Below are positions 60,301 through 64,000 of a stretch of 64,000 nucleotides of DNA, piece after piece. Below the pieces are notes generated by a model. The model was not told the DNA's origin, did not search any database, and was given only the letters and a program-made list of their open reading frames with translations. The stretch is from assembly GCF_006345805.1 (NCBI RefSeq), contig NC_042997.1, positions 210,428,001-210,492,000 of the forward strand, in the 5' to 3' direction. Source of the DNA: Octopus sinensis. Its lineage: Eukaryota. The translations under genes were made by a program, and so were the position numbers. The number at the start of each line of letters is the position of its first letter. The first letter of the stretch is position 1.

Positions 60301-62243
60301 ATTAACATAATAGGTTGTGGGAAAATATCTAAAGGATAATGTTCACCATTTCCCCCATGCCATTATGCAGGGGTGGTCATCAGTTGCTTTACCCATTTCT
60401 ACTAATAATGAACGTATGCTGCGTGATTTTGCCATATCTCAGCTTGACACACATGACGTCTGGATGCAGGATGGTGCTCCACCTCATTAGGACAGAAATG
60501 AACGTGGCTTCTTGGATGACACTTCTGATATGTGGATCATCATCATCATCATCGTTTAACATCCGTTTTCCATGCTAGCATGGGTTGGACGGTTCAACCA
60601 GGGTCTGGGAAGCCAGGAGGCTGCACCAGGCTCTAGTCTTTTCTGGCAGTGTTTCTACAACTGGATGCCCTTCCTAACGCCAACCACTCAGAGTGTAGTG
60701 GGTGCTTTTTACGTGCCACTGGAACAGGTGCCAGGGGAGGCTGGCAATGGCTACAATAGGTTGGTGCTTTTTACATGTCACTGGCACGGAGGCCAGTCAA
60801 GGTGGCACTGGCATCGGCCACGTTCGGATGGTGCTTTTTACGTGCCACCGGCACAGGGATTACAACTACAATCAGCAGGAGAGGAACCATGGACTGGCCT
60901 CCACGATTGCGGGACCAGAGTCCTTGTGGGGTATCCCGAAGGAACACGTCTACTTCCAAGATGTTTGGACAATACCCAAGTTGAGGAGAAAGAATTATTG
61001 CAGAATTTGTAGTCCTGGACAATGATAAGGACTTGTGTCTGTGAATCTGCCATTCCATCCAGAGAAGAATCCAGTTTGTGTATTGATTCGGAAGGACAAC
61101 ACTTTGAAGATACAATATAAGTGTTGTTTTGTTTTTGTCTTGAAATTATAATTGTACAATCATCATCATCATTTAATGTCCATTTTCCATGCTGGCATGA
61201 GTTGGATGGTTTGACTGAGGTCTGGAGAGACAGTGGTTGCACCAGGCTCCAATCTTGATCTGGCAGAGTTTCTACAGCTGGATGCCCTTCCTAACGCCAA
61301 CCACTCTGAGAGTGTAGTGGGTGCTTTTTATGTTCCATCAGCACAGGAGCCAGTCAGGCGGCACTGGCATTGACCACACTCGAATGGTGCCTTTTATGTG
61401 CCACCAGCTCAGGAGCCAGTCAGGAAGGTCTGGTATCAATCACATTCGGATAGTGCTTTTTATGTGCCACTGGCACGGAAGCCAGTCAGGGGGCACTGAC
61501 CACAGCTACGATATTGGTTGTACTTGATTCAACAGGTCTTCTCAAATATATTTCACCTGATGCATCAAGGATATTCTTAACAGGGATGGGCAAGCATGGC
61601 TGCGATCTCACTTTAGTTGCCGGGTAAATAAAAGTTACTATCACTATGACCCAGCGTTGCCGGGTCATAGTGCTAGTGCATGCATATACAGCTGCGTGCG
61701 TGCTCACATACACGCGAATACTGTCCAAATCTCTGACCAATCACATACAGCTAGCTGGCATTCAATTGGTGTATCAAGTTTCGGGCATTTTGATTGGGTT
61801 TTGGATAGAAAATTCACAAAAAAGTCACTTCTATTGATTTTTTAATGGCTTTGCGGGGTGACTGGGGAAATGTAAAGATGTGCACGACCACCCTTGGACG
61901 GTTTTGAATGACCATAGAAAGTGCGAGCCCTCTAACTGAAAAATTGTGGATTTGTATAAAGGACACACACACACACGGACATTTTGCCGTTTATATATAT
62001 TGAGATATCATTTTGAAATTTGTTTATTGTTATTATTAGAACTGGATAAAGCAACTTATGGCCATCCCTGTGTATAAGAGAGAGAGAGCTTATAGTGTCT
62101 TGTATTTACCATTCTCTGTCTTTCTGGTGTCATTGGATATCTGTTTGTAGAAATGACCTCTTCGTAGGGTGGAGGTGGTTGATATAGCGACAGGTTGTCA
62201 GACTCCACATCAGCTGAAGAGTTTACTTCCATCTGAGAATCAG
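57396..62243 (-). CDS. 3' part (last two coding exons) of an unidentified gene with a PPxY-containing low-complexity tail; continues beyond the window
   Basis: Exon 62243-62110 (ttttgcag acceptor, GTAAAT donor) reads xDSQMEVNSSADVESDNLSLYQPPPPYEEVISTNRYPMTPERQRM. It joins in phase 0 to exon 57665-57396 (aattttcag acceptor): QSFSVNVPVTPPPNYETALNILARS...RRCRSEDIL...NSTSSSNR*. Additional internal exons cannot be excluded. Confidence 0.72.
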
Positions 62244-64000
62244 CTGCAAAATCAGAAAAAAACCCAAATTGCATTAACATCGTTAATATTACACAAAACA
62301 TCAACATTATTGCTACATCATCATCATCATCGTTGTCATCATCATCATTACAAATAAGAACATTATCATTACAAACCTCTGTAAATGTTCAAGCTATAAG
62401 AAATAACAGCCAAGTTGTCCTCAAATCACACTCTGACATCTTCAATAAGGAAATGTGAATTGGACAAAATAGTTCCTGAGATACAAAACTGAAGGATGGT
62501 CATGGTTGGAATGTCTTTGGTTAGAGATCTACTGACAAAGTTTTCAACAATTTACATAATCCTGCTGACAATGATCCTCGACCTCATTAAATTTCCTCGT
62601 TATCATTAATGGCAGAATGGGGAACTAAATTCTCCTGAGGTGTTCAGTTACGATCCTAGTCATTCAGAGTTCAAAACCCATCAGGGTTAATAAAATGAAC
62701 AGAACCCCAAACACTTGACCAGTAGTTTAACATATGTCCAGAATCCAATAAAATCCTTTCTACAACAAGACCTAAAATTTGGTTGCCGGGAGCGGGGGTA
62801 AGTGAACCCCAGTACCCCACTGGTACTTATTTTATTGACCTCAAATGGACAAGAGGCTATGTCTATCTTGGTGGGATTTGAACTCAGATTGTAAAGTCAG
62901 GTGAAATGCTGTTAAGCATTTTGTTTTAATAATTCTGTCGGCTTGCCACCTTAAGTGCCTACAATAATGGTTTCCAATTTTGCCACAAGGGCAGCAATTT
63001 TGGGGGAGGGTGAAGGTCACTACATAGAACGACCCCCAGTAGAGTCACCTTTTTTTGTGAACAAATGTACACTAATTTCATCATCATCATCGTTTAACAT
63101 CTGTTTTCCATGCTGGCATAGGTTGGACAGTTCGACCAGGGTCTGGGAAGCCAGGAGGCTGCACCAGGCTCCAGTCTGATCTGGCAGTGTTTCTACAGCT
63201 GGATGCCCTTCCTAATGCCAACCACTCCGAGAGTGTAGTGGGTGCTTTTTACATACCACCAGCACAGGTGCCAGGCGAGGCTGGTAACGGCTATGATCAG
63301 TTGGTGCTTTTATGTGCCGCCGGCATGGAAGCCAGTCGAGACGGCGCTAGCAATAGCCACGTTCGGATGGTGCTTTTTACGTGCCACCGGCACTGGTATC
63401 ACAACTGAAAAGTATGTTGTCTATTGACTATTTTATGCATGCTAGCCACTGGTAGAAAATTTCTCTAATTTTTCTATCCTATACTCTTTACTCTTTTACT
63501 TGTTTCAATCATTTGACTGCGGCCATGCTGGAGCACCGCCTTTAGTCGAGAAAATCAACCCTGGGACTTATTCTTTGTAAACCTAGTACTTATTCTATCG
63601 GTCTCTTTTGCCGAACCGCTAAGTGACGGGGACGTAAACACACCAGCATCGGTTGTGAAGCAATGCTAGGGGGACAAACACAGACACACAAACATATACA
63701 CACACACTTATATATATATATATACATATATACGACAGGCTTCTTTCAGTTTCCGTCTACCAAATCCACTCACAAGGTATTGGTCGGCCCGGGTCTATAG
63801 CAGAAGACACCTTCCCAAGATGCCACACAGTGGGACTGAACCCGGAACCATGTGGCTGGTTAGCAAGCTACTTACCACACAGCCACTCCTGTGCCTATAT
63901 ATATTTTCCTAATATGATTCTCGTAATTTTGAAGAAAATCAACCACTGCCAAGTGGCATCAGCCACAACTGTAATTTCCAATTGATTGTGATTTTGATTT

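Noticed and set aside
60875-61130. Unique segment between two SINEs as another exon of the PPxY gene
   Set aside because: A phase-0 acceptor exists but the donors are weak, there is no recognisable motif, and it is not needed for the frame.

Overview
AT-rich, repeat-dense eukaryotic genomic DNA. The SINE, Helitron and MITE families look like those of octopus (coleoid cephalopod); this taxon call is an inference. (1) A threonine-tRNA locus at 7760-13290 holds 27 near-identical tRNA-Thr(AGU) genes in a ~152-bp tandem array on the - strand, bracketed by two identical, inward-pointing tRNA-Thr(UGU) genes. Every array copy carries an A50:C64 T-stem mismatch. (2) A 15-exon transglutaminase-family gene on the + strand (19039-45572, 733 aa as spliced by hand, all introns GT-AG) has a non-canonical active site: GQCW becomes GCCW, the catalytic Asp becomes Glu, and the Ca2+-site motifs are not recognisable. 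(3) The last two coding exons of a - strand gene (62243-62110 and 57665-57396) encode a low-complexity tail with two PPxY motifs. (4) Many mobile elements are present: two DD34D mariners, RTE LINE remnants (one 5'-inverted with a 12-bp TSD), a Penelope-like fragment with hammerhead-like motifs, hAT, piggyBac and foldback MITEs, non-autonomous Helitrons and at least four SINE families. Most ORFs in the supplied track come from microsatellites or SINEs. Coordinates were counted by hand, and repeat edges are approximate unless a TSD or TIR is quoted.
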